A stretch of 63,842 nt of DNA, counting the filler, from Octopus bimaculoides (lineage: Eukaryota): NCBI RefSeq assembly GCF_001194135.2. It is 6 parts of 6 records of this genome, joined end to end, with 100 filler letters (N's around TTAATTAATTAA, not from the genome) between each part and the next. Parts side by side here need not be neighbours in the genome. Positions count along the whole stretch, not along the records: positions 57,464 to 61,682 come from NC_068986.1; positions 61,783 to 63,842 come from NW_026413532.1; 4 more parts are not named here. One strand, written 5' to 3'. Numbering within the stretch: position 1 is the stretch's first letter; each line of letters opens with the position of its first letter. Of this stretch, positions 61,262-63,842 are shown in pieces. The notes under the pieces are model-generated. The model did not search any database, was not told the DNA's origin, and saw nothing but the letters and a program-made list of their open reading frames with translations. The position numbers were made by a program, and so were the translations under genes.

Positions 61262-61682
61262 GACACACACTATATCATGCGCGCACACACACTCATACAT
61301 ATGTACTTAGTTACTCATATATCACATACAGACATTACATGTATACGTTACATAAATACGTACGTGAGTGCACGCGTGTGTGTGTGTATGTGTGTGTGTA
61401 TCTATTACAATGTGGAAGAGCCATATTAGACATTTAAGAACACATAAAGGCTAGACGAGAAAGAAGGAAACAGATGGATAAAGAAGAGAGGATTGTTTAA
61501 TGTGTTTGTGCATAATGGCCTTGTATATATGAGATACGCGTGAATCATTCGCGCGCGCACCAGACACGCACACATAGATACGCACGGAGATTTGTTCCAT
61601 AAGCTTGGTATGATTTATACACGTATCATATTCGGAAACCTGATAAATATATCGGGTGTATATATAAGTGTATGTATATATA

Positions 61683-61782
61683 NNNNNNNNNNNNNNNNNN
61701 NNNNNNNNNNNNNNNNNNNNNNNNNNTTAATTAATTAANNNNNNNNNNNNNNNNNNNNNNNNNNNNNNNNNNNNNNNNNNNN
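61683..61782. other. Artificial scaffold linker
   Basis: 44 N + TTAATTAATTAA (61727-61738) + 44 N. Confidence 0.95.
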
Positions 61783-63355
61783 CACGCAGTGGGATTGAAC
61801 CCGGAACCATGTGGTTGGGAAGCAAGCTTCTTTATTTCATAAAAAATTCGTCATACGGCGTTACATAGAGGGGACAAACAAAGAAGCTACTGGCTGAACA
61901 CGGACATTAATGAACGAAGATGAATACACAAGAAAGAATAAAAATGGGAGAGGCACCAGCGCTAGTGATATGACGAAGCTGGACGGAGAAAAAACAGTTC
62001 ATCTCGCCTTCATAGTGGCTGGAGTGAAAGAGAGAGAGTTGACCACAGGTCACATGTGAGCAGAGAGGATGATAGAGGGAGGAAGTGGAACAAGGAGGAA
62101 GAGAGAGATGTGTATAGCAGTGAAGTAGAAGCCAGGACAATAGAAGGAAGCAGAGCGAGAGGGGGAGATGGGTAAGAAGAAAGATAGATAGGTAGATAGA
62201 TAGAGGGATAGATAGNNNNNNNNNNNNNNNNNNNNNNNNNNNNNNNNNNNNNNNNNNNNNNNNNNNNNNNNNNNNNNNNNNNNNNNNNNNNNNNNNNNNN
62301 NNNNNNNNNNNNNNNNNNNNNNNNNNNNNNNNNNNNNNNNNNNNNNNNNNNNNNNNNNNNNNNNNNNNNNNNNNNNNNNNNNNNNNNNNNNNNNNNNNNN
62401 NNNNNNNNNNNNNNNNNNNNNNNNNNNNNNNNNNNNNNNNNNNNNNNNNNNNNNNNNNNNNNNNNNNNNNNNNNNNNNNNNNNNNNNNNNNNNNNNNNNN
62501 NNNNNNNNNNNNNNNNNNNNNNNNNNNNNNNNNNNNNNNNNNNNNNNNNNNNNNNNNNNNNNNNNNNNNNNNNNNNNNNNNNNNNNNNNNNNNNNNNNNN
62601 NNNNNNNNNNNNNNNNNNNNNNNNNNNNNNNNNNNNNNNNNNNNNNNNNNNNNNNNNNNNNNNNNNNNNNNNNNNNNNNNNNNNNNNNNNNNNNNNNNNN
62701 NNNNNNNNNNNNNNNNNNNNNNNNNNNNNNNNNNNNNNNNNNNNNNNNNNNNNNNNNNNNNNNNNNNNNNNNNNNNNNNNNNNNNNNNNNNNNNNNNNNN
62801 NNNNNNNNNNNNNNNNNNNNNNNNNNNNNNNNNNNNNNNNNNNNNNNNNNNNNNNNNNNNNNNNNNNNNNNNNNNNNNNNNNNNNNNNNNNNNNNNNNNN
62901 NNNNNNNNNNNNNNNNNNNNNNNNNNNNNNNNNNNNNNNNNNNNNNNNNNNNNNNNNNNNNNNNNNNNNNNNNNNNNNNNNNNNNNNNNNNNNNNNNNNN
63001 NNNNNNNNNNNNNNNNNNNNNNNNNATATATATATATATATATAGGTAGGTAAGTAAGTACGCAGGTGGATAGATATTTATGTGTATGAATATGTATATA
63101 CACGCACGGCAAATTGTGTCGAACGAGTGAGAGAAGAGTGCTCACTACATTTAGAATCTATGGTTTATTGAAACTAACCTGATTCTCTCATTTTTGTTCT
63201 CGCCTAAAGATCGACTGGTATGAAACTCTAGATGCAAGATAAACATTCTATATACTTTTGAAGGTAAGTAGATATTGTAAGAATTGATCATATAAAGTGT
63301 CACTGATAATGTTTTTATTCTCTTTTTCAGTGTTGTTCTGATTTCTGTCTTATAG

Positions 63356-63760
63356 CTAATTCCAAGCTATTTGCATCATCAAAGAAGGTATTGCATTGAA
63401 ATTGTGAATTCTCGGTGTTAAGAGTGATGTTAAAGATTGACCTCTAAAGTCTATAGCTGTTTCTCGTGCATCGGCATCAAATCGGAAAGTTTTGTACATA
63501 TATATATGTTCGTAGATATCATGTATGTGTTTGTGCTGTATGTTGTTATCTTTCATGTTTAGTCCTTGTCTGTCCATCACGTCAGTCGTATACCCCAGTA
63601 TCACTGACGCAACTAGAGGTGTAGTACTATGGCGTTTAAAGTCGTTTAAATCAAACGCACCAGAAGTACGAACGCTGAGAATGTTTCCATGGCTGACGAG
63701 TGAATATCGATAATTACTGGGTTTTTCTTCTTTCTCCTTTTCTTCGTTAAGCGTTTCCAT
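63356..63760 (-). CDS. 134-codon non-repetitive ORF of unknown status
   Basis: Stop-free, with protein-like composition. No domain recognised and no clear splice sites; the length is only marginally beyond chance. Confidence 0.2.
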   Translation of the reverse strand: METLNEEKEKEEKPSNYRYSLVSHGNILSVRTSGAFDLNDFKRHSTTPLVASVILGYTTDVMDRQGLNMKDNNIQHKHIHDIYEHIYMYKTFRFDADARETAIDFRGQSLTSLLTPRIHNFNAIPSLMMQIAWN

Positions 63761-63842
63761 GTTCCATTTCGATTACAATATGTGTGTGTGTGTGTGGTGT
63801 GTGTGTGTGTGCACGAGCGCGTGTGTTTCTGTGTGAGTGTAC

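Overview
Repeat-rich, AT-rich animal genomic DNA. The SINE families, Dong/R4 and Penelope content and microsatellite density point to an octopus; this is an inference, not a database result. The window is not one contiguous locus. Five artificial 100-bp linkers (44 N + TTAATTAATTAA + 44 N) join six pieces: 1-23061, 23162-42874, 42975-54033, 54134-57363, 57464-61682 and 61783-63842. The one well-supported gene is a dystroglycan (DAG1/Dg) on the minus strand, with four coding exons (15542-15333, 14348-13088, 12193-10142, 9191-8026). All splice junctions are canonical and phase-compatible, giving 4689 nt and 1562 aa, against about 895 aa in vertebrates. It keeps the signal peptide, N-terminal domains, furin site, TPTP motif, GS autoproteolysis site, transmembrane helix and PPxY motifs. 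It also has an approximately 890-aa mucin-like region. Most of that region lies on a symmetric 2052-nt exon that opens with an acid-flanked (Ser-Gly)4 glycosaminoglycan-type motif, and skipping that exon would give an in-frame 878-aa protein of vertebrate size. The rest of the window holds an 18S rRNA fragment, a CpG-rich palindromic 56-bp tandem array, decayed LINEs (Dong/R4, RTE, Tx1), Penelope-like elements (one with a hammerhead ribozyme fold), a hAT MITE, many SINEs, several hairpins, microsatellites and a few weak orphan exon candidates. Most ORFs in the supplied track come from microsatellites or N-gaps.
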